The position numbers were made by a program, and so were the translations under genes. DNA of 64,000 nt from a virus (lineage: Duplodnaviria; Caudoviricetes). Every line of letters starts with the position of its first letter. Position 1 is the stretch's first letter. The notes beneath the pieces are model-generated. The model worked only from the letters and a program-made list of their open reading frames with translations. It searched no databases and was not told the origin of the DNA. Positions 1 to 8,385 of this stretch are shown piece by piece. The stretch is from the IMG/VR virus record IMGVR_UViG_3300028591_000004, positions 86,781 through 150,780 of that record; one strand, given 5' to 3'.

Positions 1-243
1 TGTTTTCTGTGCGGCCGTCAAACAAATCTGGAGCGCCATCACATAATGGCTGGACCGAACAGGAAACATTCTGAAAAATATGGAGTTTGGGTGTGGCTTT
101 GTCATGACTGTCACACAGGAACTGATGGCGCTCAATACAATACAACAAAAGGAAATTTGTTAAAAATAGAAGGACAGATTGCATTTGAACGCATTCATTC
201 ACACGAAGAATGGATGCGTATTTTTGGACGAAACTACCTTTAA
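1..243 (+). CDS. HNH/Ref-like Zn-binding nuclease, 5'-truncated by the window edge
   Basis: Frame is open from base 1: CFLCGRQTNLERHHI...WLCHDCH (CxxC, HH, CxxCH). Confidence 0.6.
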   Translation, partial: CFLCGRQTNLERHHIMAGPNRKHSEKYGVWVWLCHDCHTGTDGAQYNTTKGNLLKIEGQIAFERIHSHEEWMRIFGRNYL

Positions 244-256
244 GGAGATGATTTAG

Positions 257-1312
257 ATGAGAAAATTGGCAAGTATTCAAAAAGTATGGGATGTTCAGCC
301 AATTGAAGGAGCCGACAGACTTGATCTCGCCAGAGTCTTAGGCTGGCAATGTGTTGTAAATAAAGGTCAGTTCAAAAAAGGAGATATCGGAGTCTATTTT
401 GAAATAGATTCATTTCTTCCTGTACGTCCTGAATTTGAGTTTTTAAGAGCCTCGAGCTATAAGAAAAACGATATTTTGGGCGAAGGTTTTAAATTAAGGA
501 GCATGAAATTCAGAGGACAGATCAGCCAGGGTTTGCTGCTTCCTCTGAATTCTTTTAAAGAACTTCCTTCTGAATTGGACATTGCCGTTGGAATGGACGT
601 AACGGAATGGCTCGGAGTAAGAAAATGGGAAATAGAAGAACGAGCCACAACAGGTGGAAATGTTATCGGAACACTTCCATATGATGTGCCTCACACAGAT
701 GAAACAAGAGTCCAGTCCAGGCCGGAACTGATTCAAGAATTCAGTGGATTGGAATATTACATTTCCACGAAAATGGACGGATCTTCGCATTCGTTAAGCG
801 TGGACGAAAATGGTTTCCATGTCTGCGGACATAACTATGAATACAAAGACGACGACTCCAGCTCGTTCTACAAATTCATAAAAGAAAAGGGCTTTGACAA
901 GACAATGCCTGAGTTCGCCCGTAAAATGGGCTATAAAACACTGACCATTCAAGGAGAATTCTGTGCTCCTGGAATTCAGAAAAATCCATTACGCTTAAGC
1001 AAACCTGAATGGTACGTATTTACAGTTCGTATTGACGGAGACCGGGTAGATCTTGAAACGATGAGTTTAATTACAAAAGATCTGAATATGGAAATGGTAC
1101 CAGTTGAAGAAGTCGGTAATGACTTGCCTTCAAAATATCCTACAGTTGAATCATTGCTTGAAAGAGCTGATGGAAACTATCCTAACGGAGGGAGAAAGGA
1201 AGGCATTGTAATTCGTACAACACAGCCTGTTTATAATTCTTTTATCGGAGGCCCACTTTCGATGAAAGTTGTCAGTAATAAATACCTTTTGAAAAACGGC
1301 GAACAGACATGA
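257..1312 (+). CDS. ATP-dependent RNA ligase, DRB0094/DraRnl (Rnl5)-like
   Basis: N-terminal MRKLASIQ..IEGAD..GWQCVV..VYFEIDS module; nucleotidyltransferase motifs KMDG (I), QGEF (III), EGIV (IV), MK (V); RBS AAGGAG. Confidence 0.9.
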   Translation: MRKLASIQKVWDVQPIEGADRLDLARVLGWQCVVNKGQFKKGDIGVYFEIDSFLPVRPEFEFLRASSYKKNDILGEGFKLRSMKFRGQISQGLLLPLNSFKELPSELDIAVGMDVTEWLGVRKWEIEERATTGGNVIGTLPYDVPHTDETRVQSRPELIQEFSGLEYYISTKMDGSSHSLSVDENGFHVCGHNYEYKDDDSSSFYKFIKEKGFDKTMPEFARKMGYKTLTIQGEFCAPGIQKNPLRLSKPEWYVFTVRIDGDRVDLETMSLITKDLNMEMVPVEEVGNDLPSKYPTVESLLERADGNYPNGGRKEGIVIRTTQPVYNSFIGGPLSMKVVSNKYLLKNGEQT

Positions 1313-1572
1313 ACAAATATACATTATGCTGGGATTGTGCGAAAGCGACAGGGACAATGGACTGTCAGTGGGCGAATGCAGGCAAACCTGTTAGAGGTTG
1401 GCACGCTGAAAAAGTTGAAAAAACAGTGTCAAGACCTTATTCAACATACTGTATTTATCGCTGCCCCAAATTCATAAGGGATTCCTATTATGGTGGAACC
1501 GTGAAATTGGATGGAAGAAAATGTCGAAGAGAGCGATTTGACTCGGAGATACAAATCGGAGGCCGGGCATGA
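1309..1572 (+). CDS. Cys-rich hypothetical protein
   Basis: ATGA overlap with the ligase stop; LCWDC..C.W..CPKF. Confidence 0.6.
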   Translation: MNKYTLCWDCAKATGTMDCQWANAGKPVRGWHAEKVEKTVSRPYSTYCIYRCPKFIRDSYYGGTVKLDGRKCRRERFDSEIQIGGRA

Positions 1573-2294
1573 ACAATACTGTGCCTCATAACGGAAACAG
1601 CTTAAAGATAATTGGTTTAAAGATAACAGACAAAGGTAGATTTGGAAACTTAAACATTCCTTTGTTTGAATCATTACCTTCAAATACAAAACTTATTATA
1701 AAAGGAGAAAATCTAACATCACATCCAGACCTTGAAGATTTTTTATTCAGAATGTCTGCCAGTAAAATAGTTTGCGACATAAGAATTAATTGGACTTCAT
1801 TCTTAGAACAGTATGAACGATTAAAAAAATGGACAGAACAAAAGTTGATTAATGAAGTCGGTGTAATAATAAACGAACATGTGTTTTGCGAAACAATTGA
1901 CAGACTCTGTGATCTGGAAAATACTGCAATTTACACTGTTCTTGGAACGAACGAGAGCGTTTTTCGGCAATTGATGGGCCGGAATTTAAAACTTATAATC
2001 CTTGGATATAGACAATGTGACAATCAACCAAATAAAGAAAATATTAATTGGACGAAAAACAATCTCTTCTCAATCTTCTCTGGATTTAAAACTGTTTATA
2101 TTAGCAATATTGCTTTCCGTCAAATGAGGTTAACAAGTGGTGTTGAATTTCATGTTATAAAAGATGAAGAACTGTTCATAGATCTGCCAAATAACCAGTT
2201 CGCTGTTTCTGACATATCTCCGAAGGAAGAAAAAAGAACAATCAATAGTACATATATAGATGATTTGTTCGAGCAGATAAGAAAGGAGATATAA
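1569..2294 (+). CDS. Degenerate radical-SAM-like protein lacking CxxxCxxC
   Basis: LKITD, ENLTSHPDL..FL, LKLIILGY, FIDL resemble phage radical-SAM proteins; no Cys triad. Confidence 0.5.
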   Translation: MNNTVPHNGNSLKIIGLKITDKGRFGNLNIPLFESLPSNTKLIIKGENLTSHPDLEDFLFRMSASKIVCDIRINWTSFLEQYERLKKWTEQKLINEVGVIINEHVFCETIDRLCDLENTAIYTVLGTNESVFRQLMGRNLKLIILGYRQCDNQPNKENINWTKNNLFSIFSGFKTVYISNIAFRQMRLTSGVEFHVIKDEELFIDLPNNQFAVSDISPKEEKRTINSTYIDDLFEQIRKEI

Positions 2295-2295
2295 A

Positions 2296-2640
2296 ATGCC
2301 ACTTGATTTTAATCCATTGACCACACAACAAATATTGTTAAATGGTAATACATATCGTGTGACTGATTTTACAACAACTACATCAATTAATGAGTTGCCT
2401 ATAACAACAATAACTTTAACCCCCGAAGTGAATCAGTTAGACACTGCCGTTGACGGCGATTATCTCGAGTATCTAACAAACAGAAACACAACACAACTAG
2501 AAGAAATAGAGGAAAGCATAGAAAACTTAAAACGAAATTTAAAACCTATGATTGCTGCAATTGTTGAAGAACTTCTTGAATCAAAAGGATTTATTCTTGG
2601 CAGAATACCTGACACCATTGAAGAACCTCCTATTGAATAA
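2296..2640 (+). CDS. Hypothetical protein
   Basis: RBS AAGGAG, operon spacing. Confidence 0.6.
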   Translation: MPLDFNPLTTQQILLNGNTYRVTDFTTTTSINELPITTITLTPEVNQLDTAVDGDYLEYLTNRNTTQLEEIEESIENLKRNLKPMIAAIVEELLESKGFILGRIPDTIEEPPIE

Positions 2641-2653
2641 GGAGGATTAATGA

Positions 2654-3040
2654 ATGGCTGATGAAATAAAAAATACCCAAACAGGCATAGAACTTCTTGA
2701 TGAATGGACTGCCCGCCTGGGGTTAAAGGACTGGCTGGTAACACTCTGCGACAATTGCAACCCGGAAGATATGGTTCTTGATAATTCTGATGGATGTGTA
2801 AGCTACGAAGAGACAACAAGAGCTGCAAAAATCCAGATCGTTAATCCGGGAAAAAGACAGGGCGGATTAAGGCCTTTCAATTACGAAGAAACGTTGGTTC
2901 ATGAATTGCTTCATATTAAATTATGTTTACTTGAAAGAGGAGAAAACTGGGAGAATAAACTTCAACTAAGGCTTCTCCATCAGTATATTGACGATCTTGC
3001 CAGGGCGCTGGTAGATGCAAAAAGGACTGAAAACAAATGA
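2654..3040 (+). CDS. HExxH zinc metallopeptidase-like protein
   Basis: EETLVHELLH motif; RBS AGGAGG. Confidence 0.65.
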   Translation: MADEIKNTQTGIELLDEWTARLGLKDWLVTLCDNCNPEDMVLDNSDGCVSYEETTRAAKIQIVNPGKRQGGLRPFNYEETLVHELLHIKLCLLERGENWENKLQLRLLHQYIDDLARALVDAKRTENK

Positions 3041-3570
3041 AGAAATTAATTCTGATGCTGATTTTGATCCTGTCAGCATCTTTTTGTTATGCGGAAACTG
3101 AATGTTGGATCTTATGTCAGCCTGACTCGTATGTAAATGTTCGTCCAAACTCAAACAAGAAAGGTCAGGCTGAAGGGTATCTTCTTTGTGGAGATAAAGC
3201 GGCAACAGAAAACGCAACAAGAAACGGATATCTGTTTCTCACGCAAGTTTCTACTGAAAGAGGAGAAGGATGGGTTAATTCAGGATATGTCGTTTATTCC
3301 AAACCGGTTTATCTGAATAAAAAAGTAAACATCTGTTCTAAGGGACGAGTCGCCTGCCGGAGAGCAATCGGTGGCAGCAGACGATGCTGGGCAAAAGACG
3401 GGGATACAGTGACTGTTTACTATGTCTCAGACGAATGGAGTATTACAAATAAAGGTTTCATTAAAACAGAATATCTTGGAGTGAGTTACGATGTTTGTTC
3501 GAGATTCCTGGCATCAGGATCACATAACGGAGAACCAGAAGGTCTATATTTCGAAGATGATGAAAGATAA
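3037..3570 (+). CDS. Secreted protein with tandem SH3b-like domains
   Basis: Signal peptide (MKK + hydrophobic + CYA); YVNVR..GWVNSGYV and GFIKTEYL SH3b-like motifs. Confidence 0.65.
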   Translation: MKKLILMLILILSASFCYAETECWILCQPDSYVNVRPNSNKKGQAEGYLLCGDKAATENATRNGYLFLTQVSTERGEGWVNSGYVVYSKPVYLNKKVNICSKGRVACRRAIGGSRRCWAKDGDTVTVYYVSDEWSITNKGFIKTEYLGVSYDVCSRFLASGSHNGEPEGLYFEDDER

Positions 3571-3648
3571 CCCAGAACTACCACCGTTCACGGGAAAGAC
3601 AAAAATAGATGCGGCTCGTTATATATCAATGTACAGAAAGGCAAACAA

Positions 3649-4050
3649 ATGCAGATCGTTCAGTTAAGTATGTTTGATGACCCGCTCGAATGGATAGACC
3701 AATGTTTATTGTATGGGTCCGGATATGAAAACGGAAAGCTTAGAATTTATGCAGCTGCGGCAAAATTAAATAAAAAAGAATTCAACGAGTTTCTGAAAAA
3801 CGAATACGGGATTGGCGGCCGATCCATTGACGACGGATTTATGGATTACAACGGCAAAGGGATCTCATTAAAAAGATTCAAAAGCAACTATCAGGAATTC
3901 CATCCTTGGGCATCTGTTGCCAAACGAATTTTGCACTTAATTAATACCGAAAACTACCTAACAGACAAGGAAAAAATGAGATTCAAATCTGTTTGCGATA
4001 TGCATAATGGACAAATACCCATGCCTAGAGCAAGACTGAATTTTGAATAA
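3649..4050 (+). CDS. Hypothetical protein resembling a domain of large mobile-element helicase/methylase proteins
   Basis: GSGYENGKLRIY and FLKNEYGIGGRS motifs. Confidence 0.5.
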   Translation: MQIVQLSMFDDPLEWIDQCLLYGSGYENGKLRIYAAAAKLNKKEFNEFLKNEYGIGGRSIDDGFMDYNGKGISLKRFKSNYQEFHPWASVAKRILHLINTENYLTDKEKMRFKSVCDMHNGQIPMPRARLNFE

Positions 4051-4090
4051 AAAACAGCTTTATCAAAAGAAAAAGAAAGAAGGGAACAAA

Positions 4091-4597
4091 ATGAAATTTT
4101 CTTACAAAAAAGCCGATATTACGACAACCGAAACAAAGAGCGTAAAGCTTTCTCCTCCGTGGATTACTTATGTGAAATACATTAAGGCACTGTTTGAAAA
4201 TGATCCTCAGATTGTTATCGATTACTCGGAAGGCGATTATGTCCTTACGCTGATTGTAAATGGGATCGAAAAGTATCAAGCTATTTCTACTTTACTGCCT
4301 AACAAAAAGGAATTTGGCAACGTGGTCTTAACGATCAATGTGGTACAATCTCCTAATGAGCTTACCGATGAAGAACTTTTCAGGAATGCATTTAACGGTA
4401 ACGATGTTCTGTCTGATTTTAAAAGCTTTGATACCCCGTTTGGACCGCAGAATTACGCTGTTTTCAAGAAAGAAGTCGTTCAGTTCTATGATGACAATAT
4501 GGGAGACATTAATGGTCTGAAGTCAACTCTCTATGAGGAGATTGCCAGAGAAGTGTTTGGCGAAGCTTCTGTCCATTTCTGCACAAGTATGGAATGA
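4091..4597 (+). CDS. Hypothetical phage protein
   Basis: ATG at 4091 after purine-rich RBS; long ORF. Confidence 0.65.
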   Translation: MKFSYKKADITTTETKSVKLSPPWITYVKYIKALFENDPQIVIDYSEGDYVLTLIVNGIEKYQAISTLLPNKKEFGNVVLTINVVQSPNELTDEELFRNAFNGNDVLSDFKSFDTPFGPQNYAVFKKEVVQFYDDNMGDINGLKSTLYEEIAREVFGEASVHFCTSME

Positions 4598-4603
4598 CAA
4601 AAG

Positions 4604-4632
4604 AGAGGGGGAGCCATAAAGGCTCCCCCTCT
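4604..4632 (+). terminator. GC-rich hairpin (terminator or processing stem)
   Basis: AGAGGGGGAGCC-ATAAA-GGCTCCCCCTCT, 12-bp perfect stem right after a stop; weak U tail. Confidence 0.55.
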
Positions 4633-4648
4633 TATAATAGGAAGAAAC

Positions 4649-5458
4649 ATGAAAGAAAAAGTTCTTGAATGTGGTATTTGCGGGGTATCTTCTGAGAAAA
4701 AGATAATAAAATACTGCGGGAAAACCCAATGCAATTTGTGCAGTAAACATTACGCACAGATTTACAGATATGGAAAAATCACAGATGCAACACCGGCTAC
4801 AATTCAGGATAAAAATCAATATGTCTTACACGACGAATATGCGGAAATGATCTTAGTCGATGGCCGAAATAATTATGTTGCTACAGCAGTGATTGATCTC
4901 GAGGATGTAGAGAAATGCAAGCCTTATAAATGGGCTTTTGTAAATCGGTATGTTATATCAAGGATTCACGGAAAGAATGTTCGCTTGCACAGGTTTTTAT
5001 TAGATTATTACGGGGATAAAGTAATTGATCACATAGATCGCAATCCGTTAAATAATCGTAGAAGCAATATGAGGATTGTGGAAATAACAATTAACAACTG
5101 CAATCGTGAAGCCAAGAACATAAGATGCTCAGATAACGGGAAATATTCTGTTGAACTCAGAAGATTCGGGAAAAGATATACAAGCAGAAGATTTGACACA
5201 ATGGAAGAGGCACTGGAAGAAAAGAATAAAATAATTAAAAAGTTCGAGAATGAAATAGATAGTCATATTAAAGAATATCAACTGAAAAAAGGTATTACAA
5301 TGACTGGAGTTTCATTAGTGCCCTCAGGTAGATGGAAAGCAAACTTCTGGAGAAATAACAAATGTCATTATGTGGGAACTTATGATACAAAAGAAGAAGC
5401 GTATGAAGCAAGAATGAAAGCACTGAGAATTTACAATCAAAAGAAACAAGCTGGATGA
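4649..5458 (+). CDS. HNH homing endonuclease with AP2-like DNA-binding domains
   Basis: RLHRFL..IDHIDRNPLNNRRSNMR HNH motif; GRWKA..YVGTYDTKEEAYEAR AP2 motif. Confidence 0.85.
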   Translation: MKEKVLECGICGVSSEKKIIKYCGKTQCNLCSKHYAQIYRYGKITDATPATIQDKNQYVLHDEYAEMILVDGRNNYVATAVIDLEDVEKCKPYKWAFVNRYVISRIHGKNVRLHRFLLDYYGDKVIDHIDRNPLNNRRSNMRIVEITINNCNREAKNIRCSDNGKYSVELRRFGKRYTSRRFDTMEEALEEKNKIIKKFENEIDSHIKEYQLKKGITMTGVSLVPSGRWKANFWRNNKCHYVGTYDTKEEAYEARMKALRIYNQKKQAG

Positions 5459-5499
5459 TTATACAAATATGATTATCTTCTGTCTTTGCTTTAAAGGAA

Positions 5500-5985
5500 T
5501 TGTTTAAATTGAAAATGAAAAAGATTTTAGTTTACACTGATGGCTCCTGCTTCGGTAACCCAGGAAAAGGAGGGTACGCAGCAATAATTAGAAATGGAAA
5601 TAAATGTCAGACAATAACTGGAAGCGTACCCTGGTCAACAAATAATCGCATGGAACTCACAGCTGTAATTGAAGGATTGTCTGCTGTTCCTTACGGATCG
5701 GCAGTTTCAGTTTTCACTGACAGCGGCTACATTGAGCGTGCTTTTAACGAAGGTCGTGTAGATATTTGGATGAGTAATGGCTGGCGAAGGATTAGAACAG
5801 GTGAGCCAGTGCAAAATGCAGACAGATTCTTAGTATTGTGCGAACTGATTCAAAGCAAAAATCTTAATGTTGAATTCATAAAATTAAAAGCTCACGCAAT
5901 CAACTATTACAACAACATGGCAGATTATTTTGCACGTAAAGCTGCTAAAAACCAGATAGAGAGGCATTCATTTTATGACAATTGA
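5500..5985 (+). CDS. rnhA: Ribonuclease HI
   Basis: YTDGSCFGNPGKGG, TNNRMEL, TDS, VQNAD, KAH, NMAD motifs. Confidence 0.92.
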   Translation: MFKLKMKKILVYTDGSCFGNPGKGGYAAIIRNGNKCQTITGSVPWSTNNRMELTAVIEGLSAVPYGSAVSVFTDSGYIERAFNEGRVDIWMSNGWRRIRTGEPVQNADRFLVLCELIQSKNLNVEFIKLKAHAINYYNNMADYFARKAAKNQIERHSFYDN

Positions 5986-6178
5986 AGATATCATAAAAAT
6001 CGATAAAGAAATTTTGACCCCATGTGATGTAGCTCCTCTGCTTAGATGCGATCCTAATGTAATCAGATATCAAGCTTCAAAAGATATTAAGCAACTTGGA
6101 TTTCCGGCTTCAAAAATAGGATCAAGAATCAAGATTCCAAAAGACGCTTTTGTAAAGTGGTATAAAGGGAATATCTGA
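5975..6178 (+). CDS. Excisionase-like winged-helix protein
   Basis: LTPCDVAPLL..KIGSRIKIPK; immediately upstream of the integrase. Confidence 0.7.
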   Translation: MTIEDIIKIDKEILTPCDVAPLLRCDPNVIRYQASKDIKQLGFPASKIGSRIKIPKDAFVKWYKGNI

Positions 6179-6179
6179 T

Positions 6180-6208
6180 TTGATTTTAGAGTATCTTCCA
6201 ATTATAAT
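6180..6208 (+). promoter_or_regulatory. Sigma-A-type promoter for the integrase
   Basis: TTGATT-17 bp-TATAAT, 30 bp before the int start. Confidence 0.65.
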
Positions 6209-6237
6209 AGTCTCATTATTCTGAAGGGAGATCGGAA

Positions 6238-7332
6238 ATGGGGAAACCAAAATCCAGAGGAAATCACACTGGATCGGTTTATAAACGCAAAAATACAGGT
6301 ACTTGGACAGCTCAGATTGTTGTAGGCTGGAAGCAGTCCCAAGACGGATCTAAGCTTATTCCCATTAAGAAAACATTCGGCGGCTTTCAAACAAAGAAAG
6401 AAGCACTTGAAGCATTAAACAGACTCCTCAACGGAGAGTCTGTTGAATATGACAATATATATCTCCATGAAGTATTTGATCTTTGGAAGAAGTCATATGA
6501 GAATAGAGTTAAACCTAAAACGTTCAAAGGATACGAGCAGGCATATAAACACTTTTCCGATCTCCAATTTCGTAGAATAAATTCTATTACAGCAGCAGAT
6601 CTTCAATCCTGTATGGATCAATGTCCGGCGGGGAAACGAACTCATCAAATGATGAAGGTAACCGCCGGACTGATCTGGGCTTATGCCTTAAGCGCTAACA
6701 TCGTCAAAAAAGATATTACAGAGAATCTGTACATCGGGAAACACCAGACGACAACAAGAGAACCTCTTACGCCAAATGATATAAAACTGATTAAGGAATC
6801 AATCGGGCAGCTTCGCTACGCAGAGTATATCTTTTGTTTATGTTATCTCGGTTTCAGACCTGGAGAATTTCTGGAAATAAAAAAAGATCAGGTAATGTCT
6901 GAGGAAATTGACAAGGAGATTGTGTACTACATTGTTGAAGGGAAGAAAACTCAGGCTGGCATTAACAGAAAAGTTGTAATACCAAAGCAGATTCTTCCAT
7001 ACGTATTAGACAGATTGTTTATTCCCGGCACGGAATATTTGTTCCCATTCTACTATTTCACAAAGAATAATGGAACGCTAATCGAATTGAGACAAATGAA
7101 AGTAAACTATTTCGAAGAATCTGTTTTTAAAAAGATTACGTCTCAACTTGGAATAGAAGGGAAGGTCCCATATTCTGCAAGGCATTCCTATGCGGATAAA
7201 TTAAAACATGCGGACGGAGACGTGAGAGATAAAGCCGCGCTGATTGGTCACTCTGATTACTCGTTTACAAGGATGCAATATCAGAGCAGCCCACTCGAAG
7301 ATTTGAAAACTGTAACAGATTCAATCGAGTAA
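6238..7332 (+). CDS. int: Tyrosine integrase
   Basis: N-terminal arm-binding region (RGNHTGSVYKR..W), GFRPGE, GKKT, YSARH, IGH, C-terminal Y. Confidence 0.92.
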   Translation: MGKPKSRGNHTGSVYKRKNTGTWTAQIVVGWKQSQDGSKLIPIKKTFGGFQTKKEALEALNRLLNGESVEYDNIYLHEVFDLWKKSYENRVKPKTFKGYEQAYKHFSDLQFRRINSITAADLQSCMDQCPAGKRTHQMMKVTAGLIWAYALSANIVKKDITENLYIGKHQTTTREPLTPNDIKLIKESIGQLRYAEYIFCLCYLGFRPGEFLEIKKDQVMSEEIDKEIVYYIVEGKKTQAGINRKVVIPKQILPYVLDRLFIPGTEYLFPFYYFTKNNGTLIELRQMKVNYFEESVFKKITSQLGIEGKVPYSARHSYADKLKHADGDVRDKAALIGHSDYSFTRMQYQSSPLEDLKTVTDSIE

Positions 7333-7343
7333 AATTTCAGGTC

Positions 7344-7541
7344 TACTACCGACATACTACCGACAAAACGGCAGGCAAAATAAAAGAACCCGTTGATTTA
7401 CAACGAGTTTTGGTTATCTTCGTGTAAGATTTCGAGTCAGCCCCGTTATGACCGCTTCGATACCGCTCCACTTGATTTATAATGGTTTTCGGTTGTAGTG
7501 ATTTGTAAAAACTTGTTCTACTACCGACACTACTACCGACA
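7344..7541. mobile_element. attP with arm-type repeats around a tRNA-Ser core
   Basis: TACTACCGACA at 7344, 7355, 7519, 7531; inverted degenerate copy at 7487-7497; repeats flank the tRNA fragment just downstream of int. Confidence 0.85.
7428..7469 (-). pseudogene. 5' half of tRNA-Ser(CGA), attP identity block
   Basis: Minus strand GGAGCGGTATCGAAGCGGTCATAACGGGGCTGACTCGAAATC; anticodon loop CT-CGA-AA; similarity ends 2 nt into the 3' anticodon stem; no T arm. Confidence 0.85.
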
Positions 7542-7585
7542 CAACCAACTTCCGAAGAACATCTATAGCTCTTGCGGTTCGACAC

Positions 7586-7614
7586 AGTATATCACATCCA
7601 AAATAAAAAAACAA
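7586..7614 (-). promoter_or_regulatory. Extended -10 sigma-A promoter facing attP and the tRNA fragment
   Basis: Minus strand TTGTTT-17 bp-TATACT with TG one base upstream of the -10. Confidence 0.6.
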
Positions 7615-7708
7615 ACTGTTTCTATAATACAGAATCTGGACACCAGATTTTGTGTGTTGGGAACAGAGATCAACATCGACAGCCACAAACGAAAAAAGGA
7701 GAAATATT

Positions 7709-7990
7709 ATGAATAGAGAAAACCTGATTATGAAATTAATGGAAAAGACAAAGAATCCCGTTTCCCACTCTGACATGGATCGTATTGTACGTGGATTTAT
7801 GGAAGAGATTGTAAACGCAGTAGCGAATGGCGATACCGTGTCTTTGATTGGACTTGGAACATTTAGCGCTCGTGAGCGTGCTGCTCGTACTGCTCGTAAT
7901 CCGCTCACAGGGGAGAGCATTTCCGTTCCTGCGAAGAAGGTTCCTGTGTTCAAACCGGGCACCGTGTTTAAAGCGGCCGTTAACAAGTAA
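7709..7990 (+). CDS. hup: HU/IHF-family DNA-binding protein
   Basis: GDTVSLIGLGTFSARERAARTARNPLTGE..PAKKVPVFKPG; RBS AAGGAG. Confidence 0.93.
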   Translation: MNRENLIMKLMEKTKNPVSHSDMDRIVRGFMEEIVNAVANGDTVSLIGLGTFSARERAARTARNPLTGESISVPAKKVPVFKPGTVFKAAVNK

Positions 7991-8034
7991 TTTTACAAAT
8001 AATATTAACCGGTTGTCGATTTGATATACATTAT

Positions 8035-8057
8035 GCCCCGCCTGGAAGTGGCGGGGC
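8035..8057 (+). terminator. GC hairpin after hup
   Basis: GCCCCGCC-TGGAAGT-GGCGGGGC followed by TTATTAT. Confidence 0.55.
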
Positions 8058-8064
8058 TTATTAT

Positions 8065-8145
8065 GTGGTGTCAGGTTCTCAGCAAAGTCATTCGAAAGAA
8101 TAGCACTACTGGACTTAATTCGGCTGTTCGATTCAGTTGAGCCAC
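8065..8145 (+). ncRNA. Degenerate tRNA-like element G
   Basis: GTGGT/GCCAC termini; T-arm CGGCTG-TTCGATT-CAGTTG; no clear D or anticodon arm. Confidence 0.4.
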
Positions 8146-8150
8146 GATTT

Positions 8151-8257
8151 ATGCGGTGGCGGAATAGGTAAACGCTATCCGATAAGGTTTGCGGCTCTTG
8201 CGTTGCAAGGCTTCGAGATACTTGCAAACCATGTGAGGTGCAAATCCTCACCCGCAT
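8151..8257 (+). ncRNA. Anticodon-less tRNA-like RNA, copy A
   Basis: ATGCGG/CCGCAT acceptor; TG-GCG-GAATAGGTAAA-CGC D arm; GTGAGG-TGCAAAT-CCTCAC T arm. Confidence 0.8.
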
Positions 8258-8385
8258 TTTAATACTCAAGGAGATAAACATAATGAATACATGTGATAAA
8301 TGTCCATGCATTGGAAACAGTTTTTGTTATATTGAAAACGGAGAACCAAAGCCAGATAAATGTCTGCTTATGAATGGAGGCCCTA

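Noticed and set aside
7428-7469. Complete tRNA-Ser gene or prophage boundary
   Set aside because: The 3' half is absent and phage-like genes continue on both sides, consistent with attP.
7344-7541. CRISPR array from the TACTACCGACA repeats
   Set aside because: 11-bp abutting repeats without spacers; the position fits integrase arm sites.
8231-8257. Cobalamin riboswitch, suggested by GGTGCAAATCC
   Set aside because: No B12 box or upstream GGGAA context; the loop sits in a tRNA-type acceptor/D/T frame.
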